Shown here: in pieces, positions 12,001-24,000 of the stretch | Layout of the letters: each line of letters opens with the position of its first letter | Numbering within the stretch: the stretch's first letter is position 1 | From: Orbicella franksi | Lineage: Eukaryota | Direction: 5' to 3' | Assembly (NCBI GenBank): GCA_964199315.1 | Contig: OZ116708.1 | Location: 6,138,001-6,202,000, forward strand | Length of the DNA: 64,000 nt | Made by a program: the position numbers and the translations under genes | The notes under the pieces: model-generated | What the model saw: the letters and a program-made list of their open reading frames with translations, nothing else | Database searches by the model: none | Told to the model about the DNA's origin: nothing

Positions 12001-15000
12001 GTATGAATTTGACAAAAACCCGGTTTACGCCACTGATGGCTTAAAAATTTTGCCTTTGCTGTGATATATTATGTTTCGTGTCTTGTTCAAGAACATGAAA
12101 TGCAATGAAACCAATCAAGGATCTTGGTTGCTAATAATAAGTTCTTACCACATTTAGTTCCTTTAAGAACTTGTCCTTTGTCACAGACAAGACCAACTAC
12201 TCGTACCGCCGGTGGTTTTGATGGGTCATATTCCAACACAACTCCACTAATGTTCAAAGACAGGTCTGTTTCATTCAGAGATGCTAGAATGGTACTTGAT
12301 ATCTGTTGAGTTGTCTGGTTCAAATCAACCACGGAGGTATTGCTGGGCAGTGGGACTTTTACAGCAAATGTCACAGTAAGAGGAACTTTAGAAGCCTGTT
12401 CGCTATCAGCTATGTCCCTTCTGCGAAGAGTTCCACTCTGCTCTCCGCATTCCACATTTACGTTGTCAATCGTGCATTCCTTATTTCCATCACAACCTCC
12501 AACAGTACCCAAGTACAGCGTATAAAGCGCGATGAAGTTACTGGCGATACTGGCGTGCATCTCTTCCGTACACTGGTCAGCTAGATAATGATACGCTAAA
12601 GCAAGCAAAGTTTCTGCTTGGCGTGTTTCTAGATAGATAAATCATAAATAAATTATCTTGTTAATTCCTGACAAACGGACAAAACCATTGACAGCTGGAA
12701 AAGAAAACGTAGGAATTCCGGTTTGTTTGATTTTGTACGACGATCTTCTTGTACTTAGAAAGTTGAAAAACACGCTCAATTAGTCCCAATTGCGAATGAA
12801 TGTTGGATGTACCATTAAAGACGATCATCAATAAAGAAAATTTTGCAGGGCGGCTTGTATGGGGCGCCGTTTGTAAATTTATTATTTAGACCGAATTTAT
12901 GCCATTTTCCCCTCATTTATAAATAATTGGAAATGCCACAAAATTTGTTTATAAATAAGACACAAGACCTTGTCCGTTGATATGTAAATAATTATTTTAG
13001 GTACGTCCTGATTTATAAATAATCTTTTACCATAGAGTTATTATATATAAATAACAAACTAAACAACTTCAATTATTTATAAATCAGGTCATCTCTAAAA
13101 TAGTTATTTACATATCATAAAGTTTGTAAATCTCATTATTTATAAATAAATTACTTCGCCGGGAGTATAAATTAATTATTTATAGATAATGAACTTCACA
13201 AAGTGTGTAAATTCATTATTTAGAAATAATGAATTTCACCTCGCCGAGTGTAAATTTATTATTTATAAATAATGAACTTCACTGAGTGTGTAAATTCATT
13301 ATTTAGAAATAATAAATGTCACCTCGCCGAGTGCAAATTTATTATTTATAAATAATGAACTTCACTGAGTGTGTAAATTCATTATTTAGAAATAATGAAG
13401 TTTTACCTCGCCGAGTGTAAATTTATTATTTAGAAATAATGAATTTAACCGTGTGTGTAAATTCACTATTTACAAATAATGAAGTTTCATCTCGCCGAGT
13501 GTAAATTTATTACTTCTAAATAATGAACTTCACTGAGTATGTAAATTCAGCGTCTCTTGCCCGATCGATTTCGGAGGTTGTTTCTCGCGCCATAAGTGAG
13601 ACAGTTAATGCTGCCCTTGCTCAGGTAGGTATGCAGCCTGAAATTCAGCAGTGGCGGATCTGGGTGAGGGGCCAGGGGACCCGTTCCCCCCCACCCCACG
13701 CTTCAAATATCTATTATGTCGTTCTTATTCACTCAACAATTCGGCAGCTCACACTGCAACAGGAACAACTACTCAAAGGCCGAGGTAACAGGTAAATTTT
13801 AAGAAAAGAAACTGCTGCATGAAGAAGATAAAAATCGCTTGGCGTGTTAAGTGAAAGGTCTGATTTCTATTGAAATAGACCTTTTTCGCTTGGGCGGTTT
13901 GTTGTTCCATTACAGACCACGTGATATTCTCTAGAGAATTGTTCTTTTATTCATCTAAAAATTATTTTTTCATATACGCGCAACTATTTGAAAATTTGAA
14001 AGGAAGAATTCTCAAGAGTATCATCACATGGTCTGAAATGGGGCAACAAACCGCCCAGTCGAAAAAGGTCTATTCAACAGTGCTTTAAACGTAAATTAAT
14101 TTAGCTTTCCACGTGTACGATCTTTGGACTTGCCTGGAATAGACATGCTTAGCTGTGACTTGATCAAGCCAAACAAAGTGTGTCACACAGCTATCCGTCC
14201 AAAGGTCACAAAGGTCACAAAGAATTTAACCTGCGAGCAGGCTCACGTTTGAGTCAAACGCACGAGTGACGAAGAGGAATAGCGATCGGCGGGAAAGAAG
14301 CGCCAAGAAAGTGACTTTCTCCTCTTGCGGCTTCGCCCGTCGATTTCTCGCTCTCAGCTACGCCGAGCGCGTTTGTGCTCCAACGTGAGCCTGTTCGCAG
14401 GCTACAAAGAATTATCTGAGCAAGTAAATACATTATTCGATTTCCCGATTTTAAATCTCTGCATTTTCTTCATGCAGCAATTTCTTGTCTTAAAATTTAC
14501 CTGTTACCTCGGCCTTTGAGTAGTTGTTGTCGTTGTCGTTGTTCCTGTTGCAGTGTGAGCTGCCGAATTGTTGAGTGAATAAGAACTACACAATAGATAT
14601 TTGAAGCGTGATTCTCGCTTAAACGCAATTATTCAAAATAAGGGGGGGGGGGGGGGAGGGGGCCTCCCCTGGATCTGTCACTGCTGAATTTCAGGCTGCA
14701 TACCTACCTGAGCAAGGGCAGCATTAACTGTCTCACTTATGGCGCGAGAAACAGCCTCCGAAATCGATCGGGCAAGAGACGCTGGGTCAGCCATTCATAC
14801 TTTCATTATTTCTAAATAATGAATTTACATACTCAGTGAAGTTCACTATTTCTAAGTAATAAATTTACCCTCGGCGAGATGAAACTTCATTATCTCTAAA
14901 TAATGAATTTCTAAATAATGAATTTACACACACAGTTAAATTCATTATTTCTAAATAATAAATTTACAGTCGGCGAGATGAAACTTCATTATCTCTAAAT

Positions 15001-18000
15001 AATGAATTTACACACTCAGTGAAGTTCATTATTTATAAATAATAAATTTACACTCGGCGAGGTGAAATTCATTATTTCTAAATAATGAATTTACACACTC
15101 AGTAAAGTTCATTATTTATAAATAATAAATTTACACTCGGCGAGGTGAAATTTATTATTTCTAAATAATGAATTTACACTCCAGGCGAAGTAATTTATTT
15201 ATAAATAATGAGATTTACAAACTTTATGATATGTAAATAACTATTTTAGAGATGACCTGATTTATAAATAATTGAAGTTGTTTAGTTTGTTATTTATATA
15301 TAATAACTCTATGGTAAAAGATTATTTATAAATCAGGACGTACCTAAAATAATTATTTACATATCAACGGACAAGGTCTTGTGTCTTATTTATAAACAAA
15401 TTTTGTGGCATTTCCAATTATTTATAAATGAGGGGAAAATGGCATAAATTCGGTCTAAATAATAAATTTACAAACGGCGCCCCATAGGCTTGTAACATAG
15501 TTTTGTTGGTTATGAAATATTCCATGTCAGAGTTTTGAATGAGGTAACCGGAAAAATTAATTTTTCAGTCGCACTTAAGATTTCAAAGGTTCATTAGTGA
15601 AAACTCATCGTTAGATTTAAGGCTTTTTTTTCCAGTTCTCTTCCCCACCTGGTCCCAATAACTCGAATGAATTTAAAGTTCAATTCAAACTTTCATGTCA
15701 TCAATAGCCTTTTTACCACCTAATTTTTATTTTTAGGAAAAAATTACTTCTATGAACTTTCTATCAGAATAATACATTGGTTGAATTCAAACAAACTTGA
15801 CCCTTTAATGGGCCCTCGGATGGCGCAGGCAGTTTCTCTTGCATTGTGGCCTGAAAAAAATGACCTTCTTTGTTTCGTAGATCAGATTTCTACAAATACT
15901 GTGCGATATTTTTCCCCAGCAAGCCATGAAGTTTCGATACATAGTCTTACTAGAGCAGTCTGGCACTTTGTCTCCAGGATTCCAGTTCCCTGAAGCACCA
16001 CAGAAATAGAACTCAGGTGGTTTGAGAGCAAAATCATATCCCACATTGCATTGCAGGGTGCAAAACTTCCCGGCGTCTAGCCACTTGTCACACGTCTTGG
16101 CTCCATTCTGCGGTGTTCGTAAATCGTCACATGGTTTCGCTTTTCAAAGAGAAAAAAGAAGTTGAATCCTTAGTGATAACATCGATTAATCATAGGGCTT
16201 GGATGGGCCACTTGGCTCGTAAGCAGTCTTTACCTTTCCTTGCTAGAACAAATTTACACTTTACAATAGCCCTTTTCACAGTCAACTTTTCTCATTTGCA
16301 TTACAGTATAGCTAGTATGTATGTGAGACAATTTAGGGCTATTTTGTTGTTTCAGCCCTAAATTGCCTTATATCCACGCTGGATTACATTGTAATGCAAA
16401 TGAGAAAACACTAACCGTAAATAGGGCTATTACTCAATAGGGATTTGTATAAACCCACATAACAGTGACATAAATCTTCTAGGTATTTAGTAATTTGACC
16501 GTGTTGCAATAAACCATATGGTACAAAGTGTCGTGTTCTTTCCCCTGTTTAGGTGGACACTACGGCTCAAGACCATTCTAGTGCGTCTGGAGGCACTATG
16601 AGTTAGGCAAAAATAGGGAAATGCAAGCAACTGTCTTAATTGTCCCGGATAACAACTTGAAGACAATAAGCAAACTCTAATGACAGTTGTTTTGATGCGT
16701 AAACTATTCATATTTGTTACTGTTTTTTTTTCTCTACTTATAACTTTGGGAGATGTTCGAAATACTTTCGTTTTCGTCGAAAATGTATGTCTTGATTCAT
16801 GCAGTGTTGAACCTGCCGAGAAATATTGCAATTTATGTGAACAGTTCCTTGAAGTTTTCGGACTTCAAAATTGTCTTGTTATGCCTTCAAATCCCAAAAT
16901 ACTTTTGGAAACCCTCAAAAATGGCTTTACATACCCACAATGATTACTTGGAAATGACAAGTGGCAGTATTTCCAGCTATGTCTGATGCAGTGTAAGTCA
17001 CGTTATGCTCTCCCCATGTGAACTTGCTTCCATTTTCTCTGCTTGTTGTAAATAAGTGAACGCCAACATTATCTGTGGCAATGACTCCAGGAAAAAAGAT
17101 CCTCGTCCATTTTTCTTCAGTCGTCTTGTAGATGCCATCAGGACAGTTTGTAATCTTCGGCGGCTCAAGATCTGTTTTATGTTAAATGAAAAAAAACCAA
17201 AACAAAACAAAACTAAACAAAACAAAAAACAAAAACAAAACAAAACAAAACAAACAAAAAAACAAACAAACAAACAAACACGTTTCTTCTTTTTCCTACG
17301 CTTGTTACATAATGGACATTTTTTCTGGATCATTTAATAATTTAATTCAAAATTTACCATCTTTGATTATTTGTTATATTCATGATTCTCTCAGTGTTGC
17401 TGGCACAAGCAGTTCCAGGTCGCTTGTCACGGTGTGATCTGAACAGGATAAATGGACTTGGTAGTCAAGAGTTTCACTAAATGTAAGAGGTCAAACATGA
17501 GTTTGAATTTTGTCTGGAACTCAGAATTTCTCCTTGTCTCACGCTCGTGACAAAGTGAACATTCAACCTCACTAAAAGAGAAGCTTCCCATAATATAATC
17601 ACAGGAGATGCTTAAAAGACAAGCGCTGAATCCAAACTCATTATCCGACGTGATTCGACGAGAATAACTCCATATTGACGAGGTAATTTGGTAAACAACT
17701 AAGCATACGTAACTGATTCCTTTAAGATGAATGCAGTGTGTACCTTTGACATGAATAAGAAATATACAGCTTCTACTCAGACCAGACGAGTCGGTGGCTT
17801 TGTATGTAATGTGCTTTTTACCAACAACTAGCTTTTGCGGAGGCCGTAAACCATGGAGCGTCAGGGACTCGTTAGAGTTGTCGGTGTGGACTGGTAACTG
17901 CCACTTTACATTTGCATATGATTGGCCAGGCTCTGTTGGAATATTGTCCATATCAGGTGGACATGTGATGCTAGGAGCTTGGATATCTGTCGAGAAAGCA

Positions 18001-21000
18001 ATTTGCCTGAACTAAATGTTGAATTATTATTATTATTATTATTATTATTAGTTATACATCGTCCTATTTAATCATGGCCAATTACAGGTGTAATTAACAA
18101 TTTTTAACTTTAACAATGTTATTAATGCGCCTTTTTTGTTGGTGAGGGTAAAGAAGAACATAAGTTTGCTGGAGAGAAAATTTTTGTATCTTTTATAAAC
18201 CAATCTTTTCTATTTCATATTTAATTAGTATTCTGTTGACGAAGTCCCTGAAGATGATTGGTTTGTCACGCATTTTGCAGCTGTAAATGTATTTTTATAA
18301 ATCTAGTATCGTATAATTGAATTTCTTTAATTGTTAAAACTGTATTTTAGTTTTTCTTTACTGAATGGGTTTATCTGGGAATTGTTTGGTTCAGTAAACC
18401 AATTGATAAACTTAGTTTCAAAGGAAGCTGTAAACTGACCATCTCTAAATGACTCCATTGATCACTCATTTAGAAATGTTAAATAATCATTTAAAAAAAA
18501 AAAAAATGAGAGGGAAATAAATGACAAACCACCAGTGCACTATCAGTTATATTGACGACGATTTACTTTCGCGTGCGCCATCGTAAACTGAATAAAATTT
18601 CTAAGTACATCATATTCGTTCTTACCTCTGCAGATTGTCTTGTTGGTATCCTCGCTCCATGTTCCACTTTCAAGGCAGGATACTTTTGGTGCGCCCTCGA
18701 GTTGATAACCGACCGTAACATTGCATATGAAGAAGCACTCGGTTTTATAATTTACACCTGAAGGTATCTGGCAAGTACTTGGATAAACCATTCCATGAGA
18801 TGGTGTTGCAATGCTTGGGCACTTAACGACTGATTGGAAAGGGAAAGAAAATAGTTAAGAAGGAAAGTCCCATGCAGCCGGAGCTCCTGTCTCAAAATCA
18901 TTTTACAACCAGGAGCATTTCAACGCCCATTGGATGGGACGACGCTGAGCCATTTTTATCGGGAGAAGAATGGGGATATCAATAATTCGTATAGCAAGCA
19001 AAAATCTTCATTTCATAACAAAATAATTAATAATAATAATCCCATTACAGGTTTATTAAGCTGTGCAACCATTTCCAAAAAAAAAAAAAAAAAAAAAATG
19101 ATTCACGAATTTTACGATTGACATTCAAAAATACGACTTGTTAAACCAATTGTTGTGCGTAGGTTACGTACTGTTGCATGTGGTCACGTTGCCTGACCAT
19201 GTTCCGTCTGCTCCACATGAGCGCAAAGGAGATCCAGCCATTCGGTATCCTGTGTTACAAGCAAGGGAGGCTTGGGAACCAAATGAAGATCCGCATGAAA
19301 GAGAGGTTATGGATCCATAGACTGGTGGCTGGAGGACTGGGCATGATTTTCCTGTGGATCAAACATATTTTCCTTTAATTAACTGCTTAAGTAATAAAAA
19401 CATTTTAGTTTAAGAATAAACGCTTAAATTGCATGGTTTTGTCTATATCGTTAGTCCCGTAGTCTTTGAGTGCTGTGCTCTAGTTCCTCTGGGAAACGCG
19501 GCTCAGATTGGTGAAAAAATGAAGCACGCACCAAAATTAACCGGAACGAAAAACTTTTTTTAACGAGATTACTAACTGTGTTCAAACTTTTAACTTTGCT
19601 CTAGCCCAAAAAAACAAAGTAAAAATCATTAATTATAATAATTTGCGACATAAATTATGATTATTATGAAAATTATTAGTCATAATGATAGTTATTGTTA
19701 ACATTTATGATAATTCTTGTACTAATTTTGACAATTACATTTAGTGACTTACTTGCTACTTGTACGATAAAAGTACAGTTAGCTCGGTTTCCACTGTTGT
19801 CTATTGCGGAATACAGTACATTGTACAGACCGATACTGAGGTTGACAGGGGGACGAACGCCCGGGTAGCTGATAGACACGTGACCAGAGTTGTCATTCGC
19901 AATTGGTTCAATCCATGTAAGTAAAGCCCTGGATGAACATTCCGTAGCATAGAACACCATATCGCTAGGACATGTGTTATTGAAGGAAGGTGGAGTGTTA
20001 TCTGTAAACGACGAAAATAGTTCAACTTCAAGAGACTAAATTCAAGGAGCAGTGCTGCAGATGGATCTTGAAGAACATCCGTGACCGTTAACGTTGGCGA
20101 AGCCACTTAACGGTTACTTGGTAGTACATGGCTGTAAAATTGTTTCTTGTCTGTTGCAATCATTAAGAAATAGAGCTTGGATAGTCAATTTTCAAAAGGA
20201 AGTGTAAGAAACCATTCCTATATTAAGTTAAGCCGCACTACCTTACCTGTACAGTTTGTATTGTTCGACCCAGTCCACTGCCCTTTATTACCACATACTC
20301 GTGCAGATGTTCCTTCAAGGACATATCCAGGCCTTTGACAAGTGAATGTGCATGTCTGGCCATACGGACTGCTCGATAGACACGAGGATGGAGATACATG
20401 TACAACATCATCAGTTGGAGGGACGAGCGGGTCACAGGTGATAACTAAATAGATCAAAAGTTTAGATAAATATATACCAGCGATGCAACATCTCGTGGTA
20501 TAATATGAAATGTCCCAAATGTCTCTTGTATTTTATTAGTATACGCAGGCACTCATATTTTATTCCATACCTTAGAAAATAAGTGGCCGACGCAATCAAT
20601 CTGATATACGAGCAGCGTTCAATGGGAAAGTTGGGTGTAATACCGTCAGGAATTCTGATTGACTGTATTTTCTATGGCATGGTATAACTAACTTTATACC
20701 GCTGGACCCCGCTTAGTCGAACTCGATAGTTTAGAAGTTGCCCCATTTTCGATGTCAAACCCACTTTCACTGGAGTTTCCCCTGCTTTTTTGTCAGTCAT
20801 TTACCATTGGTTATTTGGAGCTTTGCTATATATTTCGGATCGATTAGATAAGATTACCGCTTTCCTTACACCTAATTTTGTTACACGTCTGGTATAGATG
20901 TCTTGTATCTATTACCTTGGCAATAAGATGTTTCTCCACTCCAAGTCCCATTTTCCAGGCAACGCCTTACTGACGAACCAACCATATTGTAGCCAACATT

Positions 21001-24000
21001 ACATGAAAAACTACAATGTGTATCATAAGGTTCCGATGTAATGTTTGTACAGCCGGTTTTAACTCCATTTGTCGGAATAGGAAGCGACAGACATCTAATT
21101 TCTGGAGAGAAATGAAAAACAAAAAGCGCATGACTTAGTAAGGGCAATCATATACTTGCACAGACCTTACGCCTTAATCAAACAACAGACAGAGGTCTAG
21201 TAGACGAGAATTTTTTTCATTCTGTGGGCCATACAGCTCAGGCAAAATCCAGCTTCCTGCAGAGTTTGGTTGTATCTCTGTCTGGCGATGGAGTCTGCGA
21301 CAAGTTCAATGGGTTATCTAGCCGAGAGGTGCTTATCTTTTGATCAATTCCGTGTACCAATCTAACTGGTGCTATATTTTTGTGTCTATTCCGTTATACC
21401 TTGACAGCTAGGTAAAGGATTATCCCAAGCTCCTGGAGGTCTGTTACCAGGGGCAACACACGCGACCGTTAACGAGCCATTCAAACGATGACCAATGGCA
21501 CACGTAAAGTTACACTGAGCTCCAAAATGATTACCGCAGTTGCTCATCCTCAATGCACTTCCTGAATTAACTGTCAGTGACGTACAGCTAATAACTGGTG
21601 ACATTAAAAAAGAGGTGGTTAGCATGTCTCGTATAACAAACACCTAGCTTGTTGTGACAACCATCAAGAAATAACCTTTTCATACCTAATACTTTTATAG
21701 CAAAGGTACAGGTAGCTCTGTTTCCTGAATGGTCCACAGCAGTGTAGGAGATCACGTGCGTTCCCTGACTGAATCTTTGTGGTGGTTTGTAATTTGACGT
21801 AAGTGAAGGCGTGGCTCCTAAGTTGTCCGTAGCAACAGGCTCAGTCCAGTTTACTTGGGCTGAAAACATATCACGCTCTGCATACACCAGCAACGGGCTC
21901 GTTGGACACGTAACACCGAATGTTGGAGGAAGAACGTCTGCAAGAAGAACAAGTGTTACATTATAGAACTCTCTTTTATAAGACAGAAAAAAAAGTCAGC
22001 GTATGAAACTCTAGGGTACGACCATCCATGTAAAAGTTGTTCAGCGGTATTTCCATTTCATGTTGTTTGTGCTGTACAAGGTGAATCTAACTTTTAGGTA
22101 TTTTACCATTCCAATGTAAGCTCCCGAACAGTATTTTCATGTGGTACTGTTTATTATACAGTACAAGGTGGTTCTAGCTTTTAAGTCAGTGGATGTGACC
22201 ACAGCGTGTGACCATTCAAATGAAAGCTAACATTCTAACGTTAAAGTAAAGCCTTTTAATTCATATAAAAGTACTAAGCGGTAACTTCATGTGGTGTTTT
22301 ATCATGCTTTGCAAGGAGGTTGTAACTTTTTAAACTGGTACGTCTCGATCTGGATAAAGCCCTAATGCGTGGCCATTAAAATGGGGGTTATTAAGTGGTA
22401 CTGTACTATGCGTTACATGACTACTCTAATGTTTACGTCCGTGAATGAAACCTTGTTTCAAGACTCTCATAAATGATTTCGTTCTAATTTTACACCTTTA
22501 CCTGTACAGTTGATGGAATTTCCACTCCATTGCCCGGTGTGCAAACACGTTCTGGTGACATTTCCGTCAGCACTGCCATATTCACTTTGACAGCCAAATA
22601 CACAATTTGATCCATAGGTATTACCACAGGAAACAGTCAGCAGAACTGCTCTTGCAGGGATGCTCAAGGGCGGACAGGTGATAGCTTAAATCGTAATAAA
22701 CAAATTTTTAGTTAGAACATGTATATAATAATGTTACCTAAGTATAAGGTTATTAAGTCAGTTTATAAGGTTGGTACACGGCGTAAATTTTTTGCCAGAT
22801 ATAAAATGTTACTAATATTTTAATTTTTTCTCTTTAATTTGACGGTGACCCTCAAGTTAAAGGGCCCCTCTGAAGGCAACTACATGAGGTAATGAAAACA
22901 AACAACAACGACAAAAGAACGAGGATTGTAATGCTTATAAACAATGGGTTTGAAGCTAGTCGGGAAACGAGTACACTTTATTTTCACCTGTGCAATTGAA
23001 ATCTTGGCCACTCCAGGTGCCGTTTTCTAGACACCGTCTTGATGACGAGCCCATTCCGGTGTATCCGGAATAACAAGAAAACTGACAAACTTTGTCGAAA
23101 TACTCTATTGTTATGCCTGTACAGGTACTTTTGATGCCATTAGTTAGGAATGCAAAAGCTGGACACGTGACAGCTGTAAACAAAATGATAATTTAATTTG
23201 ACAATCCGGTTATCTACTCAGCAAATAACAAATCTAGCAAGTTATAGCAACTCTGTCTGTCCTCCGTCTGTCCGTCCGTCCGTCCTTTCGTCTGTCTGTT
23301 TGTCTGTCTGTGATTACCTTTATGTCGTCGTGATTGCACCTATAAACTCTACTTTTTACAAAACTAGGCCTTGGTAAAAAAATGGCAGACAAAATGAACC
23401 GAATAACAGAGCAGTTTCCCCTTATCTCATTTCTTAATCGCACGTATTTGGTCCCTTGCACAATATTCAAGTGTTTGGAAAATGCTCTCATTTTCTGACG
23501 CTTATCAATCACCATCAAGAGTTAAGCCTCACCATAACACTGAGGCTGTGTTCCAGTCCATGTTCCATTGCTGTTACATGTCCTTGTTACTGATCCAGTC
23601 AGGACGTACCCCACGTCGCAAGAAAACCGACAGGTTTCTCCTGGCAAATCGGAGCAAGTCTCTAAATATCCTTGGGAAGGCGCTGACAGCTTCGGGCAGC
23701 GGTTCACTATGTCAAGAATCAAGTAACGAATGTTACCCTTTTGAAGGTAACTTACGTATATCTCTTAGATTTTGAATAGAAGTGTAATTTTGTGACACTG
23801 AATAACTCGGGATCAGTACTAAAACAACGATAGACCGCAAGATTTGGAATACAATCTCACGTACCTTAGTGTACTGACACACAAGAACAGACAGTGTTTG
23901 TTTTTTAGGTACATTGCGTAACAATTCATCTGATGGTTACGGTGAAATAGGTAATCGCGATACAGATCTAAGACCTTTAGATACAAGCATATTTTAATAA

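Larger units (their letters stand above)
12858..15486. mobile_element. non-autonomous foldback DNA transposon, IS3EU-like, in intron e54-e55
   Basis: ~1-kb inverted arms (12,858-~13,830 and ~14,455-15,486); termini TATGGGGCGCC/GGCGCCCCATA; 6-bp TSD GGCTTG on both sides. Confidence 0.85.

Noticed and set aside
13160-13548. Regular palindromic repeats resembling a CRISPR array
   Set aside because: There are no unique spacers, the units alternate as a dimer, they lie inside transposon arms in a eukaryotic intron, and no cas genes are present.
16680-16943. Cys-containing plus-strand ORF with a hydrophobic N-terminus
   Set aside because: It is short, AT-rich intronic sequence with no domain pattern, best explained as chance.
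20040-20150. Possible extra micro-exon between e48 and e49
   Set aside because: Candidate frames hit stops or break phase, and e48 joins e49 cleanly (NCT-D-NTPP).
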